Shown: positions 27,117-39,722 of the stretch, one piece after another
Layout: the number at the start of each line of letters is the position of its first letter
Numbering within the stretch: the stretch's first letter is position 1
NCBI RefSeq assembly: GCF_963853765.1
Contig: NC_088858.1
Span: 30,876,001-30,940,000, forward strand
Origin: Magallana gigas
Lineage: Eukaryota
Reading direction: 5' to 3'
DNA length: 64,000 nucleotides
Made by a program: the position numbers and the translations under genes
Notes under the pieces: model-generated
Database searches by the model: none
What the model was told of the DNA's origin: nothing
Seen by the model: the letters and a program-made list of their open reading frames with translations, nothing else

Positions 27117-28660
27117 TTACGGATCCTCGCATATATAAGCTCGATAAAGATCACAGTCTTTGTCATTCCAGTAGTAATGATGGTGTGCCTCCTTCATCAG
27201 ACAATTTTCACCGTTGTGGTTGTTAGGTTGCCCGGGGGTAAATTTGGAGTATTGAAAAATGTTTCCTTCTGGTTCCCATACCAGCTTCCTTCTAAAGACC
27301 AATCTGAACCACCCAACCATACGTCAGACACTACAAAATGTTGTCGGATATTGTCTTTATGACCGCTGCACTAAATTACATATAGTCTGTCCAAAGATAT
27401 TTTTGCAGCAAATTTTTTGTAGCACAATTTTTCTATGTCTATAAATACCTCTGGGTTACAACGATGTTCGTTCAATAGTATAAAAAAATCCTAAGATTTC
27501 CCCTTTGAAACGCCCCCTCTAGCTTGTCAGATTTCAATACACGGCTTAAAATTTAAAGTCTACGAGGATTTTCCATTGCCACAGAGATAACCTTTTCAAT
27601 ACAAGGTCATGCACTTTATAATGATTGAATACTTTTTCACCAAAATTTTGGGTTTCATAGACATTTTTGCATGATTTTAGATAGGGAGAGGTCAGGTCAT
27701 TACCATATTTTTTTTTACTCCAAATTATTCCAAAGTGAACTCATTAATGAATTGATGTGTTTCCTTAACAGGTCTTTATATGGTCTATAGCACTCAAGGT
27801 AACTGTTGAGGCCTGTTATCGTCTTGTTAATTTTGCAAAACAAGTTGGCCATTGTATCAGCGGCTGTATAAGTGAACAATGTTTACCTCCATGTGTTTTC
27901 ATTAGACTAGTAACAAATTCATCCTCACTGGCACTGTCTACGTGTACCAGATATGCACCACGCATCTCACACATTTTCTAAAAACGAGTTTAGTAAAGCA
28001 ATTAAACTTTCCCAGTAGATATACAAAAACATTCAATTTAAAAATTAAAAAAACTTTAAGAATAAAATTTGTCATTTTTCTAAACATTGCATAGAAAAAA
28101 AATCGAATAATGAAGGAACCCCTCTCCCTCATAGAGTCTGGATTTCCATTTTTTGCAAAGTTGTCCTTTTTATATTGTTTATTTAGTTTTGTGTTTGTCA
28201 AGATATTTTCGATAAGTTTCCCCCTTTCTCTTCTCATCACAAAACGATGTTACGAACCTGATACTTACCATGCTATCCACCCACGATGTTGGTTCCCCCG
28301 ATACATGGTAGCAGGATGTATTAAAAGAAGTCCATCCGCTATGACACCCAAATGCTGAAAATCAAATCTAAAAAATTGACTTTTTTCTCATTCAGAAAGA
28401 GAGAGAGACAAACAGACAGATAGACTGGGAGAGAAACAGAGACAAACACACTGTGAGACAAATTGAGACACAATTTTGTTTTTTTTTAATAAATGCTCAT
28501 TTGGCCAGAGATTTCAGGATACAATGTATTACTTGTATTGAAGTGAGGTAAAATTAACATTGAATAACTTTGATAATAAAAGACAAAACAACAAGAACAG
28601 AAAATCAAAAGTACAACCTATACGAAGAAGACAAAATAAACATCCTATCGTCCTGATCAT
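27117..28660 (-). pseudogene. CTL-3: perlucin-like C-type lectin (QPN/WND) with 1-bp deletion in exon 4; pseudogene or assembly error
   Basis: Exons 28618-28660, 28269-28354, 27887-27977 intact; exon 4 (27117-27330) is 214 nt versus 215 in paralogs; TGG GTA TGG became TGG TAT GG at ~27281, causing a premature TGA and loss of the sugar-binding loop. Confidence 0.8.
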
Positions 28661-28792
28661 GACGGCACCGTATGTCTTTGTCACAATCACAATATACAAT
28701 ATTACACGAAAGTCAGATAAAGTAAAGTTTTGATCAACGTAGGTTATCATCATAAATAGAAGGACTGGCATTTAATGTTCAATCGATAGTAT

Positions 28793-28935
28793 ATAAATAG
28801 TGCCTGTTTGGGAGGGTAACAGTTGAAATTGACACACCGAGAAAACCATTGTCAACCGACGCGAAGCAGAGGTTGACAATGGTTTTCGAGGGGTGTCAAT
28901 TTCAACTGTTATCCTCCCAAACAGGCACTATTTAT
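28793..28935. repeat. Palindromic element, 65-bp arms, just upstream of CTL-3
   Basis: ATAAATAGTGCCTGTTTGGGAG...GTCAACC [GACGCGAAGCAGA] GGTTGAC...CAGGCACTATTTAT; absent from the CTL-4 upstream region. Confidence 0.85.
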
Positions 28936-29789
28936 TTTGTTATACTGAATGTCTTTTTTAAAAATTTTAAGAAAATTTTATTGCTTTTATATAGGAATAA
29001 CGTGAATTCTACAGCGAACCGTACGCACATAATTTTCGCGCATGTAACATTTTTTAATGTTACCCGTTGCCAAGTGCGTTGCTAACGCTGAGGGTAATAG
29101 TATATAATTATTTAATGCTTGAGCAGTCAATAGACCAGAATATTTTTCCCGAGGTGCAGGGAACAGCTCAGTATGATCTATTTTTTTTGCTTGTCAAGAT
29201 TTCTGATGATTAGTCTAGTGCCCCCCTACTTTCAATTTGCTTCCAATTCCACTGTATTCATTTGATTTAATACCTAATCATGTATAAAATTATGTTTTAC
29301 TTGTATGAGTCTTTAATTTATAAGTATATGCTGTCTTATATTAACCTACAGAAAAACAAAAAACATCGATTCTATGTGAGCATTTTAATGATGTCAAATT
29401 CATTACTGCACACGCTTGAAGATTGCATGATTTTAACATTAAACACACTGTTATCTTCATAAATCTGAATCGGATCAATTTGCCTTTTTCAAACATAGAT
29501 ATACCGGTAAGTAATAAACAGTTATGTTAAAAAGTTCACTGTGATACTAGGAACTTGTTGGCACCCAAGATCTTGAAAGTGAAAATAAAAATCCTTGCCA
29601 ATCGTTTTATTAATAAAATTTTATTCTCTAGATTAAGCTTACTTTTTTTTAAACTTTTTTTACGGGAGATACATGTAACTCTAACTCAGTGCGTTTAATA
29701 TGAACAATTCCAAGAATTCTGAATGTCAACATGGTGTGCAAATTTGATGTATCTATTTCGTAAATGCCCGACATAATATACAATGCCAA

Positions 29790-29816
29790 CCCGTGCACGC
29801 ACGGGTCAAAGTCTAG
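29790..29816 (+). mobile_element. Helitron 3' terminus
   Basis: GC-rich hairpin CCCGTGC-AC-GCACGGG, 7 nt, then CTAG followed by T. The 5' TC end was not located. Confidence 0.65.
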
Positions 29817-29863
29817 TTTGATATTATTGATTCATTGCAAAAGCATCTAGCAATCGATCATGC

Positions 29864-29949
29864 TATAACATTTATCCACGATTCGTTTTCAGGCGACACA
29901 TGATAAAAGGAATCACGGTAGGGAGTCCAACCTACCGGCCAAGCAGTCC
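29864..29949 (-). pseudogene. Decayed copy of CTL-5 exon 2
   Basis: 86 nt, high similarity to 38789-38874; Cys to Trp (TGG) and Cys to Phe (TTT); donor GT changed to GC; no exon 1, 3 or 4 of its own. Confidence 0.85.
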
Positions 29950-30188
29950 CTGCTTTGATAAAAATATCTATTTTAAATAATAAGGACACCATCCTAATAT
30001 CGTTAACAAAGCTGTAAAGTCGAAAAGTAATACTTTCGATGAAAATCTCTAGTGAAATTAATTTTTGCTTGTGAATAGATATATCAAGGAATACTTACCT
30101 TTTTCAGTTATATAGAGTCTTGATTTCTAGTAGATTAAGCTTTTCTTTGTATTTTGTAAATAGGTATATCAAATATACACTGTCTCAC

Positions 30189-30394
30189 CTTTTTCACATA
30201 TATAGTGTCCTGGTTCTAAGACGTTCCACTGATAAATATCAAGGGCATCCATAAGTCGGCGCTTTTGTGTATAATGGTTATTTGGTTGAACTGGTGCAAT
30301 ATTTTAGTAATTTATGTTTCGACCCAATTATTCCTATATCCAACTAACTTCAAATACTCAATCACAGCTGGCTTCAAGACAGGAATTAGATTTG
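30189..30394 (-). pseudogene. Heavily decayed CTL exon 4 relic (copy 1)
   Basis: Reads SCD*VFEVSWI*E*LGRNINY*NIAPVQPNNHY...YQWN...HYICEK, aligning to GSDWTVEGEWVWEPLG..NYTNFA..QPNN..WND..YICEK. Confidence 0.7.
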
Positions 30395-32234
30395 CTGGAA
30401 AATGCTTTAAGTGTTTACAATATATTGAATTGTCTTTACTGTGGAAATAAAAATTAATATAAATAAAATGATAATAAAAACCAGTTAATATTAGAATATT
30501 ATAGTATTTTTCATTAATGTCTGCTTTCATAAAAAAATATTTAAGGGATCATATGTTTGTTTACCTTATGTTACGGTATAAATGCAACAGAGGCGACTCT
30601 TATTGCCTCTGATGGGGCTTGGACCCAGGTTCTTTTACTCTTCTTAGACTTTATGACACGATATGATTCTTCGACCAGAACAATCATTAGAAAAATAACA
30701 ATTATGTGCGTTCTCAGAATTATCTAAGCAGTGAAGTTGATAAACTAGATTTATCTCTATTATTTCCATACGCTTTTGGTTGATTCGTGCTTTAAAAACC
30801 TTTGAAAAATTTTAGTGAAAAAAAGTTCAAAGTGATAAAAAATAGATTTCATATCTGGGATCAGAATAGTTTAATTCTGGCTAGTGACAATTATCAGGAA
30901 ATAGAAGCCCAAAAGACACCTAGGGTCAGTAAAGACGAAACTGAAAGGTAAAAATTGGAATTTAGGACAAGTCAGGAGATAGACTCAAGACAAAAACAAA
31001 TTGGAAGTCAAGTCTCTGGTGACGGTCTTACGTGCTGACAATCACAAGAACGAATGGGTAATGAAAATTGTGTAAACATCTTACTAAAACCACATTTACA
31101 CGTTAGATTAAAAAACGTATGTGGAAGAACATTTCATACGGTATCTTTACTACTGTGTGCATTGTTTATTTTATAGCATATTTATTAAAATGTTTTCAAA
31201 AAGGTCCTGGTTACAATTTTGAGCCAAAACAGTAGAATTCTAAAAGAAAGTAAGCATCAGATCCAGTGAATGCCATAGAATGCAAAGCCTTCCAGCATTG
31301 CTTAAAGATTTCGGACTTTGATATACATGATTTTTTTCTTGACAATAAAGATCCTGTAATGCAAATTCCGTAGTTACAGGCAACTTCTGAAAAAAGATTG
31401 TTTTTTTTTTAAATTATATAACCATCTTCATCGCCCCAAAACGGGTATGAAATGTATCCGGCTTTTGCACAACAATGCATTTCACGCAAAGCACGTGCAC
31501 GGATTGCGACGACGTATTTGTAGGCGGAAAATGTTTTATGTTACTGTCTTACAATTTCACATAATTGAAAAATTACGAACCACAAAATGTTTATCAGAAT
31601 ATTATGAGTTTCCAGGGGTATTAAGAAGTATGTTTCCAGAGATCGATTAATTGTCTAAAAAAAAGTAGTCAGGTAAAGGGTGAGTGCTTTGAAGAGGAGA
31701 AAAAAGAGATCAATTTGTGTTTAAAACACAACAAGATATTTCTTTACACCCAAAATGCAATTTATTCTCACGGTTATATACAGAACATGTTTTAAAACAA
31801 TTTTTAAAGTTCGCTCGCAAACATTAAAAAAAAGAAATTTAACCAATGAATTTTTGATACATATTGTTTGGAGGTAAGTAAACTTTCGTTTACAAAATGA
31901 CAATGAAAGTCCGTGCTTGAAAGAATACATTTAGATTTTATTTGCAAAAATCCAACATATTTCAACCAACCGCTGGATTTCCAAGGTTATTTCTGAAAAA
32001 AAATATTGCCCAATGATTCATTTTTCAAAAATATTTTACTTCAGAAGAGAGACAAGAAAATCACATTTTTATTTTAAGAAGTTTTTTCAAAAGAAAACAA
32101 GATTGTACACCTATGGGCCATCAATATCTACAAATAACAACATTATACTGACACTTTATTTTATACTTATACTTTATCTTATTTTAAATCATATCAAGTC
32201 TATGTTAAGATTTTGCAATAAAAAAAGAAAAATC

Positions 32235-35200
32235 TTACCGATTCTCACATATATAAGCATTATGATCGTCACAATCGTTGTCATTCCAGTGGTAATGATG
32301 GTGAGCCTGCTTTACCAGACAGTTCTCACCATTTTTGTTGTCGGGTTTTCCGGATGAAAAACGGGAGTATTGAAAAGGGGTCCCTTCGGGTTCCCATACC
32401 CACTGTCCTTCTACAGCCCAATCTGAACCTCCCAACCATACGTTATGCACTACAAAATGTTGTCTGATATTGTCATTATGACCGCTGCATTAGATTACCT
32501 AATATGCATGTTTATTATTAAGTTTAATAGTCGAAAAAATCTTTTTCTAGAACAAAACGAAACATTACAACCATTACAGCAATAATAAAGCTTTAAAGGG
32601 AATTCGAATCATTTGAAAATATACTTTTGTCTGCGAAACGAATTTTAAATAATACATACACAGATTGGCAATATTGGCGTTACCTAATATGACTACTTAG
32701 TTAGCTCATTAGAGTTTATTTTTATAACAAATAGTTATTGAGATACCTAAATTATAAGATGATGAAATGATCTTTTAGTTCACTTTAATAAAATTACATA
32801 AAAGTCAACTTAAGGAGGCCGACTTTAGTTTGCATTGCGCATGTTTAGCGCATTCTAATATAATACAGTTGATTAATACTTCTTATGAATTTTTTTCGAT
32901 ATCATTTATAAAATTGAACACAATAAACAAAATACAGATAAAAATATTTAGATTGTTAAAGGAAATTTTTATTTTTAACACGATTTTTACGTTGTGCAAT
33001 AGGGGAGCATTGCCATTGCGCTTTTATGACGTTATGATAAAACGAAGCTTTGTAGGAGTACGTTATAAGAAATTACTTAAAAGAAAAAGTAAAAATTGTA
33101 CGCTGTTGAAATTTTATATACAGAATGATGCTATGTCCTTATTTTTGGAATGAATCCATTATACCAATCATCATTCATGATGATCCAAATATATAGCAAA
33201 ATTTGGTGCATTTTAATATTTTGAGATGACCCCCACTAAAAACCAGACGGTAGAATTTTGTGTTTGTTACATATAAGGTAGGAAAAGCTATTACTAATCA
33301 TATATAACAATTTGAGAAAAAAAGCTATTGTAGTATTTTTTAAAAACTGCTTTGATGTGCGGAAAATGCAGTTTCCTATATATTCCTATAGTAAATGTAC
33401 CTCTATTTTGAGATGGTCCCTAAAAAGAACCAGACGGTCGATTTTCATGAACCTTCGCAAATAAACTAGAGTTGGTTTAAATTACATATGGTTAAAAAAT
33501 AAAGAGTTATGCTATTGTAGTTTTTTCGCAAAAAACCCAAATCGGCCTCCTTAAAATTGTGGGGCTTGGCGACGTTTAACATTTTGCTACAAGAAGTATA
33601 AATTACATGTTTGTATATTGCTTTCACACGGATCAAGGGACCCCATAAACGGATGCTAAAAATAGAGACGTACTTTTACTATATCTTTAATTGCAGTAGT
33701 GGAGTTTTACGGCATATCAAAGTTTAACTCGATTTTCAAATGACCTGAACTTTTTAGCAGTGACCGTGTCTTATCTATGCATATCGATTTAATTAAGTCG
33801 AGATAGAGTTTTCTTTAGTTAATTAATTGTCCTTGAGACTTGATACTTTTAAAACATCTGCAAACGCGTTTTAAGATGTTTGGAACAACTGCGCGCAACA
33901 CATCATTCCACCACATTTGCTAACTGTGATGCAGAATTAACAGTTAAGAGGCAGAAGAGTATTTGCCTAATGGATATAATTCATAAAATTGGGCTAGATA
34001 TTTGCAAGGCCATTCAAAACGTTGAACAGACTTTTTTGAAATACTTCTTTGAACATGTAACTATTCGTTATTCCTTTGTTATGATGATCCATAAATACAT
34101 GTTTGAAATTAAGTGAATTTTCGAATAACATATTGTATTTGTAAGATAAGCGACCGCACATTTACGCATTTTTGTAGCTGTAAATACTACGTACATACGT
34201 TGTCATCTTGATAATTTTTGAAACTAGTTAGTCATTGAATCGGCGGTTGTTTAAGTAAATATTAATGTTTACCCCCATTTGTTTTCATTAGACTGGTAAT
34301 AAAGTCATCCTCACTGGCAGCGTCTACGTGGACCAGATATGCACCACGCATCTCACACATTTTCTTAAACAAAAGTTTAGTAAAGCAATTATAAACTTCC
34401 CAGTAGAAACACACAAATCTTCATTTTGTAAATCAAAAAGCTTTTACAATAAAATTTGCCTGTGAGGAACTGATAGAAGATGAACTCTTAATTGCAAAAT
34501 AAAAAAATAACAACACATTTTGGTAATAACATGTCTTTCTTATGAAAAGGTTTTTCTGTGTCCGGATCTCATTACTTTTAAACATGACTTTCAAGGGAAA
34601 CAAAAATGGGGATATCACAATTTCTAAATTCAAGTTCAATATATATTATTACCACAGAATTTCAGATATTGAGAATATCTTATCAGCATGATGGAGTATG
34701 CATATATATATATAATTGTAAAGAATTTGTGTATCTACACTAGTGTTAAAAAAAGATATTTCAGTTCAAAATGTTACTTGACACAGAATAGTTTAATGAA
34801 ATGGGGGTTTCCTTCAGATAAGCAATGTACCCCTTGGGCCAATATAGTAGAACAGTAGAACATCGGCTTGATTTGTTTGATTGTATACTGTGGTTTCATT
34901 AATATTCAAGGGTATCAATTTTTGTGGATAAAGTGAAAATCACAGTTTCAAGGATACGTAAATTCGTGGCCAATGACCCCATCAGTACAAGATATTAGTA
35001 GAAATTGCAGTTCAATAAATATTTAATTTCAAGGATAAACTTAACAACGAAATCAACGAAAATTGGTATTCAACGAATATTGATGAAACCACATTATCTA
35101 CATTATATAAAACCATTTACGATGAAATTATTAATACATTATGTGTTTAATATATTTATAATGCAAATAAGTTAAAATCTAATAAAACCATAAAGAGGAC

Positions 35201-35665
35201 TTTTACAGAAAAATATATCAACAAAAGCTAACAATATTGATTTTTATCTTAAAAACCTAAAAATTAAAAACATAGAATCTAAAAATTATCATTTATTGTC
35301 CATAATGTATACTGAGACATGTAGCATCAGTCCTCTCCTACCCCAACTCTTTCGTGCAGAAAACATTTTTAAAAAAAATACATATAAAACAATTAATTAT
35401 CAAGGAACCCCCCTCTCTACTAAGAATTACGATTTCCAGTCATTCTTATTTTGTTGATTTATTTGTGTGCTTATCAAAGTTATTTGGATGAAACTGCCCA
35501 TTTCCCCACCCAGAAAACGATGCTACATTATACGTGCGTGGTCCTTACCATGGCATCCATCCACGATGTTGACTCCCCTGATAAGTGATAGCAGGATGTA
35601 TTGAAAGGAGTCCATCCGATCAGACACCCAAATGCTGCAATGTAAAAAAGTTTGGCCTTTTTTCT

Positions 35666-35711
<46 letters not shown>

Positions 35712-35955
35712 AAGACAGAATTGAGACAGCCAGACAGAATTGAGACAGAGTGAGAAATATAGGTTTTCTTTTTGAATGGATGCTCGTTTCTTTGTATAAA
35801 TCAAAATATAGCCGGAAACAACTGTATACTATTGAAGTGAGGTAAAATAAACATTGAATAACTTAAATAATAAAAGAGAAAACCACACAAATGAAAAGAC
35901 AAAAACTACAACCTATATGAAGAAGATTAAATAAACAGCCTATCGTCCTGAGCAT
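32235..35955 (-). CDS. CTL-4: perlucin-like C-type lectin, KPD/WND type, ~144 aa
   Basis: Exons 35913-35955, 35549-35634, 34273-34363, 32235-32449; open frame, six Cys; exon 1 donor GTTGTA shared with CTL-3; phase-2 donor overlaps the stop (CG|GTAAGA). Confidence 0.88.
32814..33550. mobile_element. Kolobok-like MITE in CTL-4 intron 3
   Basis: TTAA|GGAGGCCGAC ... ATCGGCCTCC|TTAA. Confidence 0.75.
34888..35094. mobile_element. TA-flanked MITE in CTL-4 intron 2
   Basis: TA|CTGTGGTTTCATTAATATTC ... GAATATTGATGAAACCACAT|TA. Confidence 0.7.
35671..35710. repeat. (AG)n microsatellite in CTL-4 intron 1
   Basis: Pure AG run; reads (CT)n on the gene strand ~35 nt before the exon 2 acceptor. Confidence 0.95.
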
Positions 35956-36684
35956 GATGACTCCGTGTGTCCTTGTCACAATCTCAATAATACACTACAC
36001 GAAAATTCACTCACATGGAAGTCAGATAAACCTTTATATTGATCAACGTAGATTATGATCATGAATAGCAGTACTATGGCATTTTATGTCTGACCAGTTT
36101 CAATTTCTAATGAGTAAAATGACCTCAACATTTGCATGTAGGCAATAATGCAACTGTCAAAAATAATTGTGACATTTAATCTTAACGAAAATCCTTTTTT
36201 TCTGAAATATTTTTGTTTACTCAAAGAATTTAATTATGTTTCGAACATCGGCTAGTAATTAGGTTAAATTAACCCAATACAGAAATATTTCTAATGTGAT
36301 AGCTAGGCAAAATGTCATAACGACATTATAACAATTGGTATTAAAATTTTTTTATAGAGAATTTAAGTTTGATAAGTTGTTGTTTTTTTTTTTAGAGAAT
36401 TTTCCATCATCATCACATCATTTTTTTTATATTATTTAATTGCACCTCTTTAATATTCTCTCTCTCTCTCTCAAAAAAAAAAAATTTTTAGACCCTCAAT
36501 CTATTATAATTAGAATATTGATATATTAAGGTGATTTTATTTCTTAAAGTTTAAATATGCAATCCCCGCTTGCGCCCCAACAGCACATCATTTGAAATTA
36601 TCGGACCGTCAAGTACAACATCGACTCGTAATGTTATCACAGACAAGAAATACAGAAATATCAAAATTAATAATAAAATAAATA

Positions 36685-36690
<6 letters not shown>

Positions 36691-36720
<30 letters not shown>

Positions 36721-37264
36721 GGGTCTTCACTTTTAATACAAAATTGTTAATCTAGGCAAAAAAATTAGGGAAAATTTTTTTTGGGCACTCGGGTCGCCTG
36801 GGCACATGTCTACGATTCTAACGACTGAGCTACTTGGACTCCCGCTTCAGGACTTTGATGCTTAATATATCGAGAACGCGTTGATCGATTTAAAAAAAAA
36901 CCTACATATTCTGAATTAGTGAAATGGTCACTATCAATCCTACAGAAAAATATTTTGAAACAAAAATATTTCAATCCACTATCTTAACTCATTTTTAAAA
37001 AACCTGACAGACTAATTTGACTTTTAAAAATCGTAAAACGACGATTACTTCCTACTGGAAGTAAATCTTGAAAAATCGTTATGGCGATACAAACTTCAAA
37101 TTACGAGGCATTAGTACTTAAATTCTTAAGGAAATCGCACGAGCCATCTCCGAAAAAATTGCCTGCACAAAAGTTATAAGAAAAAAATAAAATAAATAAT
37201 AATAAAAGTGAAAACGAAACAATAGAATAATAGAAGGGTCTTCCGCTGAAGACAGAATACCCTT
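36691..37264 (-). mobile_element. Non-autonomous Helentron/Helitron (HINE/DINE-like)
   Basis: Minus strand begins with IR AAGGGTATTCTG..CGGAAGACCCTT plus AT microrepeat, and ends GAAGACCC-ACTCGTTGC-TC-GCAACGAG-ATCGTGT-CTAG|TT (subTIR, hairpin, CTAG). Confidence 0.65.
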
Positions 37265-38122
37265 ATGACATAAAATCAAAATTTTGATATTAAATGACAA
37301 ATTACAATATAGTTTAATAAACAAAAAGTATTCAACGATAACAAACTGATTCATTTCAAGTAAACATATACAACACAGGAAGGAGATAGACAATTGATCA
37401 TCCCAGGATGCCGGTAACCAAATTGAATGATCTGTAAAGAAGTTGTCAAATATTAAGTTTTATGTGTAAAACGTTTTGTTCATAATGATCTTAATCAAAA
37501 TACTGAAGAACTGACGGGAGTTGATTTTGTCGATGTTTATTCATTTTAAAATTAATGATATGTTATTTTGCATGACAAGTACATGTAGTTTCTAATTCAT
37601 GAAGTTGAATTACGCACATTTTTATAATATGAATTGTTGTACTTTTTCGACGAGAATGTTGAGAAACCCCCTTTTGAATCATGTTGAATAATATTTAAAA
37701 AAAAATTAATTCAATCAAACTATATATAGGTAATAGAAATATTTCTCGAAAATTGTATGGATCCAAGCAATATTACACTCTAGTCTCGTTCAACCAAACG
37801 CTCGGCCATACACCGTATATCACGGAGACAGCCGAGCGTCGAGTTGAACGAGACTTTATTGAACTCTGGCGTAGGAATACATACGACTACAAAAAATATT
37901 TAAATTGTTCGTACCATTTAAAATCTGACTTTTTTCAAGGTATTTATAAATAAGTTTCCTTGAAAAACAATGCTGTAGCATACATTACATCGAATTTATC
38001 AATTTTTTTCAAGAACTAAGTCTTGTCAGCAGCAATGATTTGTGCTGAGGTCCAAGCACTGTTTCACTTTCGGTTTGTCTGAGTAACTGCATAGGAGAGT
38101 TGATTAAAATCAACTCCCAAAA

Positions 38123-39112
38123 TTACAGTTTGGCTTGCCTTTTCTCGCAAAGATATCGGCGCTGTTCGTCACAGTCATCGTCATCCCATTGGTGGTTTTG
38201 TGCTCTGATTGACAGGCAATTTTCACCATGGTAGTTGTTAGGCCTTCCATCGGCAAAGTTGGTATAGTTAAATTTGATTCCAAGGGGCTCCCATACCCAC
38301 TCACCTTCAACTGTCCAATCAGACCCACCAATCCAAAAGGAGTTACCTGCATTAGAAAAGTTTTCGCAATGAAAATATTTCCATATATACAATGTAACAT
38401 TTTTAATTGAGAAAACCTTCTTAAACATTAAAAAAAAATTTTATTTATGAAATCACATATCAAAAAATTGATTAATAAATAATATAAAAATAACATTCGA
38501 TTTAAATCTTTAAATCTTTAAATTACTTTGAGTATGGTGCATCAAGGAAACTATAAATCTGTTTTCCTCAGCATCCAAAATATCAGCTAGATAGGATCCA
38601 TGCACCTCACACATTTTCTGCAAAATAAAACATAACTTTTCTATAGCTAATCGTTACTATTTTCTCAGACGATTATTAAAAGTTGCCCCATTTCACCAAG
38701 ACTCAGTTTAAGTAAAATTTGAATGCACTCAAATGGACATTTAATATTATTGATTCGTTGCAAAAAAAAATCTAGCAATCAATCATACCATAGCATTTAT
38801 CCACGATTCATTTTCAGGCGACACATGATAACAAGAATCACGGTAGGGTGTCCAACCTACCGGGCAAGCAGTCCCTGCCATGAAATAAGTATCTATTTTA
38901 AAAATAAGGACAAACACAAAGCCATAAAATAGAAAAGTAATACTTCCGGTGATAATCTCTCATGAAATTTATTTTTGTTTTTTTTTCTGTTAGAATTTAT
39001 TGCTATAGAATAAATCAATTTTAACACAAATAACATGGGGGAAAATCAGTATTAATTGTACTGTACCTATTGTTATAAAACACGCAATAGAAATAAGAAT
39101 GCCTATCCTCAT
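38123..39112 (-). CDS. CTL-5: perlucin-like C-type lectin, RPN/WDD type, ~148 aa
   Basis: Exons 39067-39112 (MRIGILISIACFITI), 38789-38874, 38527-38617, 38123-38346; GT-AG, open frame, six Cys. Confidence 0.88.
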
Positions 39113-39519
39113 ATCTGTGAATTTCCTTAATGATCTACAGGTCAGTACTAGTCGTGACCAATGTAAATCTTATATTTGTGTTGATTGATAAACAGATGTA
39201 AAGTATACTCGTAGTTTGTAATTCTATATTTATTCATGTCATTCAAATTTAATGACAAACGCCCTTTTTGTATTCATTATGTGGTTTTCAATTTAATTTA
39301 TCAATTTTATTGATAATTCCGGTAAAAAAAGGACATTTTTATTACTTCACACTTCACTTTTTTCAATTTTTTTCTAATCTACATTTCAATTTAATCAGTA
39401 AGTTTGAAACTAATTAATATTATCCAATACTTTGATTGAATAAGTGTCGGAAGGTTAATTTCCAGTAGACCAAGCATTTTTTTGTATTTTGTCAATAGGT
39501 ATATCAAACGTACACTCAC

Positions 39520-39722
39520 TTTTTCAACATATATAGTGTCCTGGTTCTAAGACGTTTCACTGATAAATATCAAGGGCATCCCTGAGTGGGCAGTTTTGTG
39601 TATAATGGTTATTTGGTTGAACTGGTGCAATATTTAAGTAATTTATTTTTGACCCAATTGTTTATATCCAAATAACCTCAACTCCTCAATCAAAGGCTTC
39701 AGGACAGGAATTAAATTGTTTG
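39520..39722 (-). pseudogene. Heavily decayed CTL exon 4 relic (copy 2)
   Basis: D*GVEVIWI*TIGSKINYLNIAPVQPNNHYTQNC...YQ*N...HYIC*; paralog of 30189-30394. Confidence 0.7.

Noticed and set aside
30189-30200. Phase-1 donor after YICEK that could join exon 2 to make a two-domain lectin
   Set aside because: The exon is full of stops, the second copy has a different phase, and CTL-5 has its own signal-peptide exon at 39067-39112.
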